From Alphaproteobacteria bacterium (GTDB lineage Bacteria; Pseudomonadota; Alphaproteobacteria; GCA-2746255): DNA of 64,000 bases. The first letter of the stretch is position 1. Each line of letters begins with the position of its first letter. Below are positions 30,653 through 40,437 of this stretch, one piece after another. The notes beneath the pieces were generated by a model. That model was not told where the DNA came from. It worked only from the letters and a program-made list of their open reading frames with translations, and searched no databases. The DNA lies in NCBI GenBank assembly GCA_965249135.1, contig OZ252220.1, positions 1,088,001-1,152,000 of the forward strand, given 5' to 3'. A program made the translations under genes and the position numbers.

Positions 30653-32127
30653 CAGAACTCTCCCGACTGTTCGGCATCCACCTCGACGCCTAGCGCATCG
30701 TCGAAGCCGCCCGTGACGTTGAGCCGGAAGCGGTGATAGCGGTCTTCGCTGATCACCGGGAAATCGCCGTTCGCCTCCATCGCCACGGCGCCCTCCCAGA
30801 TCACATCCTCGTTCAGCGTCTTGCGGTGCCCGACCTGGGCGGTGATCGTGGCGTTGCTGCCTTCCACCAGGCTGCGGATCTTGTTCACGATCGCGCAATA
30901 GCCAGGGAAGAACTGAGTCTCCTTCGTCTCCAGCGTCGCGCCCAGCGCCGTTCCCGTGAAGTAGCTGAGTTTCTTGTCCGTGCCGAAACCGGAAAGTAGC
31001 CGTGCGCCACCGGCCCACACCCGGCTATCCAGCGAGAAAGGGATGGCGTCGAGGCTGCTATAGAGCGAATCCAGCGAATCGAGATCCGTGCTCTTCGTGA
31101 AGTCGGCGAAGATGTATTCGATTTCGAGCGCCACCGGCCCCCACCTTCGCGTCGACCAGTTGTAGAGCAGAAGCTTATTCGGCGTGCCGTTCGTGTTGCC
31201 GACACCGGGATAGGCGATGATGACCAGCTTGTTCGAGGGGTCGATCGATATGACGACGCGATGCAGGAAATTCTGATCGAGGTCGTTGTAGAAGGTCTTG
31301 TCGACTTTGTTTGCGCCGATCGGATGGGTCTCGATGCCGTCAAACAGGTAGAAGCCGTCGTCGGCCAGGAAGAAAATGAAGCGGTCGAACCAGGCGACGC
31401 CGCCCTGGCAGGCCGCGCCCCGATTCGTGACGATTTCATCGAACTGGAAGATGAAGGGCGCGCCGACATAGGAAGCCCGCTGGATCGAGTGCTCTTGGAA
31501 GATGATCCCGTATTCGCCGCCGACGATCCGCTGGATCGCGCCGCCATTGCCCTCGAGATCCTGGAAGTCGCTTTGCGTAGCGGCCGAGGGGTCGAAGTCG
31601 GTCTCGTCGTTGATGCCGCACCACCATGCCCGGTTCGTTTGCAGGCCATCCGTCGCGTCGTTCGTATGGCCGAGCATGACGAAGTCCTTGATGACGGCGA
31701 TGCATTTCGCCTTCGGCTTCAGCGTCGAGGTAATCATGTCGGCGAAGTTGGCCCCGCCGAACGTGATGATCTGCACGGCATCGCCGAGCTGCGTGGCGAT
31801 CAGCTTCTCGCCCCATTTCGTGAAGTCCCAAAAGACATCGCTCGTGACCGTGTAGTTGCCGACCTTCGAGACGTCCGAGAAGGTGGCGCTGGTGAGTCCG
31901 TAGAGCTTCGTTGCATCGCCCGCGTAGGTGTAGATGACGCCGTTCTTGTCCTTGACCGAGATCGCGCCCTGGTTCCGCGCCGTGAGCGCGTTCGAGTAGA
32001 CCGTGAGCGACGGGAAGGATTTGTAGTCCTTCAAATGCGGAACCGCGTTCAAAATTGTCGGCGTGCCCGGGCTATCGAAGGCGGCCAGGTCGGGCAAGTA
32101 TTCGCCGAAGGGGATCGGGGCTCCCAT
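30652..32127 (-). CDS. Tail nozzle/packaged-DNA stabilisation protein (P22 gp10-like)
   Basis: 491 aa beta-rich, starts IPFGEYLPD; follows adaptor gene. Confidence 0.7.
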   Translation of the reverse strand: MGAPIPFGEYLPDLAAFDSPGTPTILNAVPHLKDYKSFPSLTVYSNALTARNQGAISVKDKNGVIYTYAGDATKLYGLTSATFSDVSKVGNYTVTSDVFWDFTKWGEKLIATQLGDAVQIITFGGANFADMITSTLKPKAKCIAVIKDFVMLGHTNDATDGLQTNRAWWCGINDETDFDPSAATQSDFQDLEGNGGAIQRIVGGEYGIIFQEHSIQRASYVGAPFIFQFDEIVTNRGAACQGGVAWFDRFIFFLADDGFYLFDGIETHPIGANKVDKTFYNDLDQNFLHRVVISIDPSNKLVIIAYPGVGNTNGTPNKLLLYNWSTRRWGPVALEIEYIFADFTKSTDLDSLDSLYSSLDAIPFSLDSRVWAGGARLLSGFGTDKKLSYFTGTALGATLETKETQFFPGYCAIVNKIRSLVEGSNATITAQVGHRKTLNEDVIWEGAVAMEANGDFPVISEDRYHRFRLNVTGGFDDALGVEVDAEQSGEF

Positions 32128-32790
32128 CTATGGCGCTCCTGCGTCGGTGCGGATCTGAAGGGCCGAGCCCGCGTGCTTCGCCAGATGGTCGGAGCTTTGC
32201 AGGCCGCCGGTCGCCGCCCGAAACATCGAGTACCAGCGCGCAAGCTGCGAATCGTTCTTATTCAGGAACGGCATCGCCTCAAGGAGCACCGCGTAGAGAT
32301 AGACGTTCGGGTGGTTGGTGAGCAGGGAGTTCGTCGGGTTCGACGTGCCGAGCGGGTTAAATCGTTTATACGATAAAAGCTTGAGGGTGTAGGTCGCGTC
32401 CGGCACCGGGCCGAAAACGAAGTTACTTCCCTCGATCGTGAACACCTCCGGCTTGCCGGTCTCGGATCCGGCCCACATGGTTCGGAGCTGGTCCGGCGTC
32501 ACGTACTTCACGACCCGCTTCGGATCCCCGGAAAAGAACATCCGGCGCGGCTCCAGGAAGAGCGACGGCAGGGCTTCTTCTTCCGAATTGACCGTGAAGT
32601 CCTCGGTCTGTTCCATGATGCGGATGCGAAGCGGCGGCGAGGGGAAGGGCATGTCCGGCGATTCCTCCATGCCGTAATAGATCCGCGCCTCGCTGAGCGT
32701 GATGAATTCGGGGATCCGGGTGTTGAGGTTCGAGCGGTGCAGCCAGTTGCCGACCGCCGAGATGAGCTCTACGTTGGTGGTGATCGCCAT
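32128..32790 (-). CDS. Head-tail adaptor protein
   Basis: MAITTNVELISAVGNWLHRS...IPEFITLSEARI...GPVPDATY...HPNVYLYAVLLEA. Confidence 0.75.
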   Translation of the reverse strand: MAITTNVELISAVGNWLHRSNLNTRIPEFITLSEARIYYGMEESPDMPFPSPPLRIRIMEQTEDFTVNSEEEALPSLFLEPRRMFFSGDPKRVVKYVTPDQLRTMWAGSETGKPEVFTIEGSNFVFGPVPDATYTLKLLSYKRFNPLGTSNPTNSLLTNHPNVYLYAVLLEAMPFLNKNDSQLARWYSMFRAATGGLQSSDHLAKHAGSALQIRTDAGAP

Positions 32791-33434
32791 TAGGCCGCGT
32801 CCTCCTCGGAGAGCGTCACGCCTTCCACCTCGGCCATCTCGTTTGTGTATTCGAGTTCGCCCGTGTGCGTGACCTCGAGCGATAGCCGGTGGTCGATCAG
32901 CACCTTGAAGCCCTTGTTGCGGGCCTGGGTGAAAAAGAACATGTCCTCGCCGCCAAACCGCTTGAGCTCCTCAATCCAGGGGAGCGCAAACCACGGCTTC
33001 TCGATCTCCCGGAACACGCTGGCCTCGGTCAGCACGACGCCCAAGCCCGTTTGCGCGATCGCCTGGTAGCGCGGGCTCTCCCGCGTAGAAACGACCCGCT
33101 TGCCGTCGTTGTCGATGGCGACCGGCTCATGGGGCGGCGATCGTTTCACGTAATTCGCGCCGATGATCGGCGTCTTTGCTTCGATCAGTTGGTCGAGCGT
33201 GTCGCCAGGAAAGCGCATGTCCGTATCGAGCCAGAGGAGATGTGTGGCCTCCCATTTGAGCGCCGCTTCGACGAGATCCGTCCGCTGGTTCGGAAGCAGG
33301 GATCCGCGCACGTAAAGGACACGAAGCCCGACCGACGGATGCAGGCCCGTGAACTGGCCGGTGAGGCGCGCCAAGCAAAAGCCGAAGATGGCGTGCCAGT
33401 GGTCGCGGCTCGGGATGCAGATGGCGATTTTCAT
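32790..33434 (-). CDS. Glycosyltransferase family 2 (GT-A) protein
   Basis: MKIAICIPSR, ATHLLWLDTDM (DxD), TGLGVVL, GEDMFF, H-G; ATG at 33434 overlaps upstream stop. Confidence 0.8.
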   Translation of the reverse strand: MKIAICIPSRDHWHAIFGFCLARLTGQFTGLHPSVGLRVLYVRGSLLPNQRTDLVEAALKWEATHLLWLDTDMRFPGDTLDQLIEAKTPIIGANYVKRSPPHEPVAIDNDGKRVVSTRESPRYQAIAQTGLGVVLTEASVFREIEKPWFALPWIEELKRFGGEDMFFFTQARNKGFKVLIDHRLSLEVTHTGELEYTNEMAEVEGVTLSEEDAA

Positions 33435-33748
33435 AGACCACCCGATGAGGTGCGGAATTTCGAGTAGTCGGGATCGCGTAGCTTCCTCTCCACGGCGGGC
33501 CAGTGCTCCTTGTTGTAGACGTCGATCCCCTCCTCCTTCAGCCACTTCTCGACAAAGATGTTCGGGATGCTGGCAATACGCCGCCATTCCCGTGAGGGCG
33601 AAAAGCCCTTGCCCTCGTTCCGCATGATCTCGTTCGCCTTCAGGATCGGCTCGACGTCCTGGATCCGCTCCTCGGTGAGGACGTCGGTGAGCTCGTCGTA
33701 GGTGTAGACGGTGGCGATGTCGCCGCCTTCTACAACGCGGTGCGTCAT
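33431..33748 (-). CDS. Conserved phage hypothetical protein
   Basis: IQDVEPILKAN...WRRIASIP...LRDPDYSKFRT. Confidence 0.7.
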   Translation of the reverse strand: MTHRVVEGGDIATVYTYDELTDVLTEERIQDVEPILKANEIMRNEGKGFSPSREWRRIASIPNIFVEKWLKEEGIDVYNKEHWPAVERKLRDPDYSKFRTSSGGL

Positions 33749-33993
33749 GGGCCCACCTGATCCGGGAAGAACGCTTTGTTGAAAGGCTTGAGCGCAGCCC
33801 TTTCGCCAAGCGCGAGAGCGAGGTCGGATTCGTCGCCAGCAGCGATCGTCCAGAGCTTCTGCGTCGGGTGCTTGACGACTTCGGAGTACCGTTCCGTTTT
33901 CGTGGCAGGGTTCGGATAGCCCTTGGCCGCGTCCATCTTCGCAGCAAAAGCATCGGCTTCGGCTTCCATAGCAAACTCAAGAAAACCGTTCAT
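33745..33993 (-). CDS. Hypothetical phage protein (82 aa)
   Basis: MNGFLEFAMEAEADAF...KHPTQKLW; ATGA overlaps on both sides. Confidence 0.55.
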   Translation of the reverse strand: MNGFLEFAMEAEADAFAAKMDAAKGYPNPATKTERYSEVVKHPTQKLWTIAAGDESDLALALGERAALKPFNKAFFPDQVGP

Positions 33994-34141
33994 ATCCCGT
34001 AGGCCCCCATGCAGTCGCGGCGCAGCCGTTCCTTGTCGGCATCGGCGAGCAGCGGCACGACCAGCCGCCGACAAGCCCTGGGATGAGCTGCGGGACGAAG
34101 CCGCGCTGGCTTCCGCTAAGATGTCCGGGGCGAATGAGCAT
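33990..34141 (-). pseudogene. Internally deleted LamG/lectin-like structural gene remnant
   Basis: Start MLIRPGHLSGSQRGFVPQLIPGLVG joined out of frame (152 nt total) to end LLADADKERLRRDCMGAYGI*. Confidence 0.45.
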
Positions 34142-34150
34142 CGGCCGCCC

Positions 34151-34444
34151 CTATTTCGACATCTCGGTAACGTGGAGCACTCCTGTCCCGCCGTCGGTGA
34201 TCGCGGCGACCTTCTGGCCCGGCGTGATGTCGAAGTATTCCGCCCCGCCAAGATCCAGCGGCGTGTCGTTCACGGTAGCAACCGGCGTGGTATCGACGAC
34301 AAAGTAGCAGCGTACCGTGCACTCGAGGCGGACCTGCCTGGTCTGCGCGCCGACGCCATTCGTAATCGCCGCCGAGGTGCTGGAGATGGAGACCTTCTGA
34401 TTCGTGATCGGCCGCAGGGTCGGAAGAAAATTGCCTTGGCTCAT
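34151..34444 (-). CDS. Small head-associated structural protein
   Basis: Beta-rich 97 aa directly after capsid gene; AEYFDITPGQKVAAI. Confidence 0.65.
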   Translation of the reverse strand: MSQGNFLPTLRPITNQKVSISSTSAAITNGVGAQTRQVRLECTVRCYFVVDTTPVATVNDTPLDLGGAEYFDITPGQKVAAITDGGTGVLHVTEMSK

Positions 34445-34518
34445 AGCCTTGTTCCTCTGTCAGATCCTCAAATTGTCGGAAGGACGGGGAGGAGTTGCCC
34501 CCTCCCCGCTTTTCCCGT

Positions 34519-35463
34519 CTACGCCGTCGTCAGATCCCGGATCGCACCGGAAGCCTTCTCGTTACGTGCCTCGAGAGTGAACTCCACCGACAGCAGCTTG
34601 CGGTTCGAGTGCCCGGTCTTGGCGAGGTCTTCGAGCTTGAAGGGCTGAAGGTAGGCGACCGCCCACATGTCCTTCTGAAGCAGGAAGGCCGAGCGCGCCC
34701 GCTGGAAGCGGTTGGGAACCACCTTGATCGTCCCGAAGTCGCTTTCGTAGACGTCCACGGCCGCCACCAGCTTCTTGTCCTCGGACTTGTCGAAACGCGT
34801 CGACCCGCCCGTGAATCCGGACACGGCCTGCTTGTTGAACCCGCCCACCATCAGGCAGTCGGGGTCTCCGCCTTCGTTCCATGTGGATTGGATGGAGGCC
34901 TTGAGGTTGGCTTCCGTGAAGGCGGTTTGCGACCCATCCGTCGGTGCGTCCGTGCCGTCGCCGGTTGGACTCGCTCCGCCCGCACCGAACACGTCGTTCT
35001 GTGCGATCCAGGTCTCGAGCGAGGCCAGGGCCGATGCGACCGAAGAGCTACCCGCCTCCTTGACTTGGTTTTGGGTGAGAACGCTCTCCATGTCGCGCTT
35101 GAGAGCGCGCGACCGCTTGGCGGCCTGGTAGGCCATCTCGGACTTGCGCCCCGCCTTGCTGACCGCGTCCTGCCTGGACGAGGTCGAGACCGCCTTGTCG
35201 GAAAGCTGCGTGTAGTTTCCGAGGCGGGTGGTTGCCGCTGCGGCATCGGCGTCGACGTCGTCGCCTTCGACGACCTTGTTCGTCGTCACGGCGGCTTCCA
35301 GGGCGTCGGTCTGCCACTCATGCAACGCCCCGGTTGCCTTGCCACGGGCGCACATGCTTAGAAACGGTACCTCCGTCGGGGAGATGTTGTAAATCCGGTC
35401 GGCGAGATCTTCTCGCTCACCGCTCGAATCGTAGGTGTCGAAGGTGTTTGTTGGCTGTGCCAT
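34519..35463 (-). CDS. Major capsid protein (DUF5309-like)
   Basis: REDLADRIYNISPTEVPF, HEWQTDAL, RLGNYTQ, VYESDFG, LAKTG. Confidence 0.9.
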   Translation of the reverse strand: MAQPTNTFDTYDSSGEREDLADRIYNISPTEVPFLSMCARGKATGALHEWQTDALEAAVTTNKVVEGDDVDADAAAATTRLGNYTQLSDKAVSTSSRQDAVSKAGRKSEMAYQAAKRSRALKRDMESVLTQNQVKEAGSSSVASALASLETWIAQNDVFGAGGASPTGDGTDAPTDGSQTAFTEANLKASIQSTWNEGGDPDCLMVGGFNKQAVSGFTGGSTRFDKSEDKKLVAAVDVYESDFGTIKVVPNRFQRARSAFLLQKDMWAVAYLQPFKLEDLAKTGHSNRKLLSVEFTLEARNEKASGAIRDLTTA

Positions 35464-35478
35464 TGTCGCTTTCTATCC

Positions 35479-36540
35479 TCAGACAAAGTCCTCAAATGCG
35501 ACGGCGGCGTCCTTCATGTCGCCAGTCTGCTTGAGGCGTTTCGCGGCGGCGGCACTACGTTTTTTCGATCGAGAGACATTCGGCTGTTTCGCTCCCGGCT
35601 TCAGAACCTTCGGCTTGTTGGCGACCTTCTTGTTCACCTTGGCCTTGCTCTTCTGCAGGGATTTCCAACGCAAAGCGTCGATGGCGACCTGGATGGTCCG
35701 ATGGTCGAACACGCCTTTCAGCTCGTCGAGCGTGAATCCGTATCCGGTCAGGTGGGTTTGAAGGGCCTTCCGAAGCTGCGGTCCCTTGACCGGATCTCCG
35801 AATGTCGGCACGGCGCGCATGAGGGCCGCCGATTCCTCGCGGACATAGTCCTTGAAGCGGTCGGCCTGATCCCCCTTCGCTTTCGCCATTTGGCCCTCGC
35901 GTTCCGCTTTCGCGTCGGCAAGCGCTTGCTGGCACTTTTCGAGCCGTGCCTTCTCCCGGACGTATTCGTCCGGATGCTCGTCGAGAAGTTTGTCGAGGTC
36001 GGCCTCTTCGCTCTTGAGTTGTCCCTCAAGAGTTTCGGTGAGGCCGTCCATCCGTTCAACGTATTGCTGCCGTTCGTCAAGGAAGGCTTGCTCCGCCCCC
36101 GCCAGTTGGCGGCCGCGCTCCGCAACCTCCTCGGTTTTTTGGCTGTAGTCCTGCTGTCGGAGGTATCCCTTCTTCAGCTCGTCGACGGGGACCTTGACGC
36201 TCTTCCCGTCGAGTTGGAGCTCGATCAGGTCCTTGTCCTCTTCCGCGTCGGAGCCCTCGAGTAGATCCTCGATCTCGCTGGACTCGTCTTGCTCGCCTTC
36301 GCCCGCGTCGTCCTCTTCACCTTCTTCGTCCGCTTCGGCGTCGTCCGCATCCGCGTCGTCGCCCTCTTCGGTTTCGTCGTCGGTTTCCGTGGCTTCCGTG
36401 TCGCCGGCCTCTTCCTGCTCTCCGGGTGTCCCGTCGTCGGGGTCCAACAGTCCAGGGATGGCTTCGAGTGCCTTCGCGGCTTCCTCGGTGGTCTCCAGAG
36501 GTCCTGTCTCCAGGGTGTCTCCTGCGTTTTCCTTTGCCAT
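35479..36540 (-). CDS. Capsid scaffolding protein
   Basis: Acidic N-terminus, VPVDELKKGYLRQQDYSQKT, coiled coil, basic end RLKQTGDMKDAA. Confidence 0.85.
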   Translation of the reverse strand: MAKENAGDTLETGPLETTEEAAKALEAIPGLLDPDDGTPGEQEEAGDTEATETDDETEEGDDADADDAEADEEGEEDDAGEGEQDESSEIEDLLEGSDAEEDKDLIELQLDGKSVKVPVDELKKGYLRQQDYSQKTEEVAERGRQLAGAEQAFLDERQQYVERMDGLTETLEGQLKSEEADLDKLLDEHPDEYVREKARLEKCQQALADAKAEREGQMAKAKGDQADRFKDYVREESAALMRAVPTFGDPVKGPQLRKALQTHLTGYGFTLDELKGVFDHRTIQVAIDALRWKSLQKSKAKVNKKVANKPKVLKPGAKQPNVSRSKKRSAAAAKRLKQTGDMKDAAVAFEDFV

Positions 36541-36562
36541 CGTGTCCTCTTACTGGTTGGCC

Positions 36563-36907
36563 TTATGCGCTCCTGAGCTTCCGCTTCGCGGCATCTCGGA
36601 ATTTCTTGATCCGGGCTTGGATCATCTCGAGCTGCGTCATTGCCATCTGGCCGGTCGTGACGTGGTTCTCGAGGGTGGCCTTCACCCGATCGAGGAGCTT
36701 GAGCATCGTGAAGATCTGCTCGCGTCCCTCTACGTCTCGTGCCGGGGATTCGCTCCAGGCCTTCAGAAACTCCTCGCGGATTTCCGTGAAGGCGGCGGCG
36801 AGGAGGTCGTCCTTGAGGAGCTGCTCTGCCCGGGATGCCCGATGGGTCTCATCGAGCCGGGCGGCCTCGTCCTCGAGTAGGGCCTCCATCGTTTCGTCGT
36901 TTGACAT
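36563..36907 (-). CDS. Hypothetical phage protein between portal and scaffold
   Basis: RAEQLLKDDLL...W..S...DVEGRE pattern. Confidence 0.7.
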   Translation of the reverse strand: MSNDETMEALLEDEAARLDETHRASRAEQLLKDDLLAAAFTEIREEFLKAWSESPARDVEGREQIFTMLKLLDRVKATLENHVTTGQMAMTQLEMIQARIKKFRDAAKRKLRSA

Positions 36908-36943
36908 ACGAATCCCCTGCCTTGTGGTAACGGTGCGGCGGAC

Positions 36944-37114
36944 CTAGTAGTCCATCGCTCCTTTGCCGGTGTTCTTCTTCGTGCTCGGGGCGCTGCTCTT
37001 TTTGTTCAGGCGGCTCTCGACCACGTTCGCTCCGGCCTTGCCGAAGTCGGAATCCGGGCATCCGTTCTTGTCGGTCTTGGTGCCTGGACAGGTAGGTGCT
37101 GGACTGGATTTCAT
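36944..37114 (-). CDS. Small hypothetical protein (56 aa)
   Basis: MKSSPAPTCPGTKTDKNGCPD...GAMDY*, with GAGGA RBS; fills the gap after portal. Confidence 0.45.
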   Translation of the reverse strand: MKSSPAPTCPGTKTDKNGCPDSDFGKAGANVVESRLNKKSSAPSTKKNTGKGAMDY

Positions 37115-37129
37115 GGTTCCATCCTCTTG

Positions 37130-39334
37130 CTACAAATGATCGGCTGGGCCTTCCACGGGCACCCGGCCCTTCTGCGCGCCCCCGTTGGCGCTTGCTTTCG
37201 CTCCGGCCATCTGACCGGCGATCTTGAGTTGGATCTCAGCTTCGAGCTCTTTCTCCTGAAGCCTGAACTTGCGCTCGCTCATGTCCTTTTCGTGTTCCCA
37301 CTTCTCGCGGTCGAGTTTGATGTCGGCCTCGAGCTTTTGCTGGTCGTGCTTGATCTTGGCCTGGACCGCCATGAGCTTCGGGTCCGGCTGTTGTTCCTGC
37401 CCCGGCGCGTTTTCGTCGTCTTCCTTCGGGGCGGCGAAGTATTTGTCGGCGTCCTTGAAACCCATCGCCTCGACGCGCTTCGTGACCGTGTGGTGAATGT
37501 TCTTGAGTGTCACCAGCGGGCCATCGACGCCGCCCTGGCGCTCGACGATCTTCTCCTGGATGTCGAGAAGATTGGTCAGCATGGCGACCATCATCTCGCG
37601 GTTGCCGTGGCCGAGGCCGACGCTGATCGTGTAGTCCATGCGGGCGTTCCACGAACGCGGATCCATCTCGACGAACTTGTTGCGGAGCCGGATCATGCGC
37701 GGCTTGTCCTGGTGCTTGGCGGCCAGGCGCAGGATCTTGCGGAACCAGTCCTTGACGCCGGTCTCGGCGAAGATCCGGGCGATCAGCTCGACCCGGGCCT
37801 GGGCTGCGGTGAGCGCCATGTTGAGACCGGCCGCCGTCTCGTGGAGCGTGTCGGCGTCGAGGCCTTGGGTCTTGCGCGAGACGCCGGAGCGGTTCTCCAT
37901 GAGCTCGTCGAGGTAGCCGAGCATGTCGTAGGCGGGCTGGCCGAGCTGGTTGGTGACGATCTCGCGGATCATCCCGGCCCGCTTCACGCGGACCACGCCG
38001 CCGGGGCGCGAGGTGAGCAGATCGTCGAGGTTGACCTGGCCGTCGACCACTTCCGTCCGGCCGTTGTTCGTGAGGTAGAGGTTGTCGAGGATCTGCCGGA
38101 GGATCGTCGTCTTGATGAGCTGGAGATCTTTGATGATGTCGGCGACCGCAAACCCGTGCAGCTTGTGGGGCATCGGGATCGGGGTGATGTCGGAGAAGGG
38201 GTTTTCCTCGATCGCCTCATTCTCGAGGATGTGGGTGCCGTTGCCTGCGACCGTGATCTGCCGTAGCTCGGCGATCCCGTCGCCATCCCAATCGACCCGG
38301 ATGTAGCACTCCGTCACCCAAATCGTCCGCATCTGCTGATTGCCGACATAGTCCTCGTCGGTCGGGTACTCCTCCTCGTTCGCGTACCGAGTGACGCGCT
38401 CGTCGTTGTATTCGTCGCCGTCGTCGGACGGCAGGCTGTCGACGAGCTCTTGGGAGTAGCCCGCCTCGATCAGCTCCGAAGCCGTCTTGGGGGTGCGGTG
38501 CGCGGAGAAAGGTGCGTCGACGAGGGTCTTGGTGCGCCGGGACACCAGGAACTCTTCTGGGGGGACGCCTTCCGTGCGGACCCGCTTGACCGTGTTCCGG
38601 CGTTTCACCCGCAGGTCGTGGAGATAGGCTCCACCGAGCAGGCTGCCGAGTTGGCCGCCGAGCGGCGCTTCCGGCAGGCCGTCGTCGCCTAGGTTGATGT
38701 CGGGGAACTCCTCTGGGAGCTGGTCGCGGGTGGTTGGCTCGAAAGGCTCGTCCGCCTCCAGCTCGACAATCGGCACGCCCCCGTCGTCGGTGTCGTACTC
38801 CTTGCCGGCGGCGTCCTTGACGGTGTGCTCGAGGATCTCGACCTCGTCGTCTCCTGCGATCTTGAGGTACTCGCCCTCGTCGAGGTTCGTGTAGACCTCC
38901 TCGTGAACGTCCTCGCGCTCATCCCACCAAGTCTTGATGACGCCGAGCTTCTGGAGCAGGGCGTCCTTGAACCAGGTGTGGACGATCATGAATCCGGGGT
39001 TGTCGCGCTGCGCGATGAAGTTGACGTAGTCGGTGGCCTGTTCCGCGCCCCCGATGTCCTCCTCGCCCTCGGGCTGGAACTCGCCGATGTTCTCGGAGCT
39101 GAAGAAGATGCGGAGCAGCGAAGGGAGGATCCACTCGATCGTGTCCATCACCTCGCGGGTGACGACGCTCGAGCGCCCTTCGATCTCGTTGCCGTAGGGC
39201 TGGCCCTCGTAGCGTTCGAGGCTGTCTCGCCGATCGTTCGACAAGTCGCCGTCGAGGTATCCGATGGAGCTGTGGATGTTCTGCTGGATGATCGACTTGA
39301 GATCTTCCTCGGCCATCCGTTCGGCTTCAGCCAT
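37130..39334 (-). CDS. Portal protein
   Basis: PYGNEIEGRSSVV, ATDYVNFI, WFKDALLQKLG, ILRQILDNLYLTNN, VNLDDLL; exact start uncertain (39358/39334/39316). Confidence 0.9.
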   Translation of the reverse strand: MAEAERMAEEDLKSIIQQNIHSSIGYLDGDLSNDRRDSLERYEGQPYGNEIEGRSSVVTREVMDTIEWILPSLLRIFFSSENIGEFQPEGEEDIGGAEQATDYVNFIAQRDNPGFMIVHTWFKDALLQKLGVIKTWWDEREDVHEEVYTNLDEGEYLKIAGDDEVEILEHTVKDAAGKEYDTDDGGVPIVELEADEPFEPTTRDQLPEEFPDINLGDDGLPEAPLGGQLGSLLGGAYLHDLRVKRRNTVKRVRTEGVPPEEFLVSRRTKTLVDAPFSAHRTPKTASELIEAGYSQELVDSLPSDDGDEYNDERVTRYANEEEYPTDEDYVGNQQMRTIWVTECYIRVDWDGDGIAELRQITVAGNGTHILENEAIEENPFSDITPIPMPHKLHGFAVADIIKDLQLIKTTILRQILDNLYLTNNGRTEVVDGQVNLDDLLTSRPGGVVRVKRAGMIREIVTNQLGQPAYDMLGYLDELMENRSGVSRKTQGLDADTLHETAAGLNMALTAAQARVELIARIFAETGVKDWFRKILRLAAKHQDKPRMIRLRNKFVEMDPRSWNARMDYTISVGLGHGNREMMVAMLTNLLDIQEKIVERQGGVDGPLVTLKNIHHTVTKRVEAMGFKDADKYFAAPKEDDENAPGQEQQPDPKLMAVQAKIKHDQQKLEADIKLDREKWEHEKDMSERKFRLQEKELEAEIQLKIAGQMAGAKASANGGAQKGRVPVEGPADHL

Positions 39335-39629
39335 GCCTGGGGCCCTGGCGTGGTGCACTACATCGACAGGGCCTTACACGGTCTATGGGCCGTTGTTCAT
39401 TGGGACACTGGATTTTGTGGGGGATCCCAGGGGGCTGCCTGGGCGACATGTATACAAGTATATCGCGTCACCCGAAATTCGCACTTTTGCCTAATTACCG
39501 AACCTAAAGTGTAGTTATCCGGCAGGATCCTGGGCCCGGACTTTTGCCTAACCCTGTCTCTCCACCCCTTAACCCCTTAACCCCTTGGGTGGAAATGAAC
39601 TTGCGAAAATGCGCAGATTGACGATTCGG

Positions 39630-39961
39630 CTACCCACTGAAGAGCTCCCGAATCCGGTGGCGGATCCGCGACACGGTGCGGCGATGGACGTGGTGGGCCC
39701 GGGCGATCGCTTGGTCCGAGATCGCCTGGGTGAGAAGCGTGCGGATGATGCTTGACCGCTCAGGGTGGCGCGATCGGTTGCGGCCGAGGGGAATCTCGAT
39801 GACCTCGCCGCCATAGGCTTCGACCAGGGCTTGCATTTGCTCCTCCCCAAGCAGTCGCGCGATGCGAGAGCCAGGCCTGAAGCGGATCGGGATGTAGAGC
39901 GACGTCCCCCCTGCCGCCTCGACGAGCTTGCCATCGGCGAAGGTTCGGAGGTCCAGCTCAC
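39630..39961 (-). CDS. Mor/C-like late transcription activator, 5' end possibly frameshifted
   Basis: LVEAAGGTSLYIP...LVEAYGGEVIEIP plus C-terminal HTH (SDQAIARAHHVHRRTVSRI); coupled GTG at 39961 is not in this frame. Confidence 0.65.
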
Positions 39962-40437
39962 CAGGCTTTGTTGTCACCCTCCCACCATCGCGGGATAACC
40001 AAGCGGCCTTCACGCGCAGCGCGCCACCCGAACAAATTCCAGCCGTAATCGTGGCAAACGAACCGATTGCCGATCCATCCGAAATTCCCCCGCTTCATGT
40101 CACAGAAGAGATCCGGCACCTTCATCGGGATCTTGCGGTTGAGCGGTTGGGTGCGCTCCTGGATGAGCACGGTGCCGCAGCTCGAGATCCGCAGGCAGGG
40201 AGCAAACCACCGGAGCCACTTGCTGTTTCCGTCCGAGAGCTTCGTCCAGGTCTCCCACTCGACGATGTTCTGGAAGCTTCCCGAGCCGGTCTCGACCTTG
40301 ATGACCAGGCGTTGCGGATCCGGGCCGTACTCGTAGACGTAGCGCCCCTGGCCGGTGCCGAGCTGCTCGCTGCAGAAGAGGCTAAGGAAGCCCCGCTGAC
40401 AGAGCGGCGGCCGGTCGATCGGGTCGCACGGGATCAT
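39958..40437 (-). CDS. Minimal protein-kinase-fold protein
   Basis: LGTGQGRYVY (Gly loop), VIK, E in QNIVE, DMKRGN (catalytic loop), DYG. Confidence 0.75.
   Translation of the reverse strand: MIPCDPIDRPPLCQRGFLSLFCSEQLGTGQGRYVYEYGPDPQRLVIKVETGSGSFQNIVEWETWTKLSDGNSKWLRWFAPCLRISSCGTVLIQERTQPLNRKIPMKVPDLFCDMKRGNFGWIGNRFVCHDYGWNLFGWRAAREGRLVIPRWWEGDNKAW

Noticed and set aside
39548-39587. Telomere-like CCCTTAA/CCTAAC repeats upstream of portal
   Set aside because: Only two to three short copies; could be activator or packaging sites but the evidence is too thin
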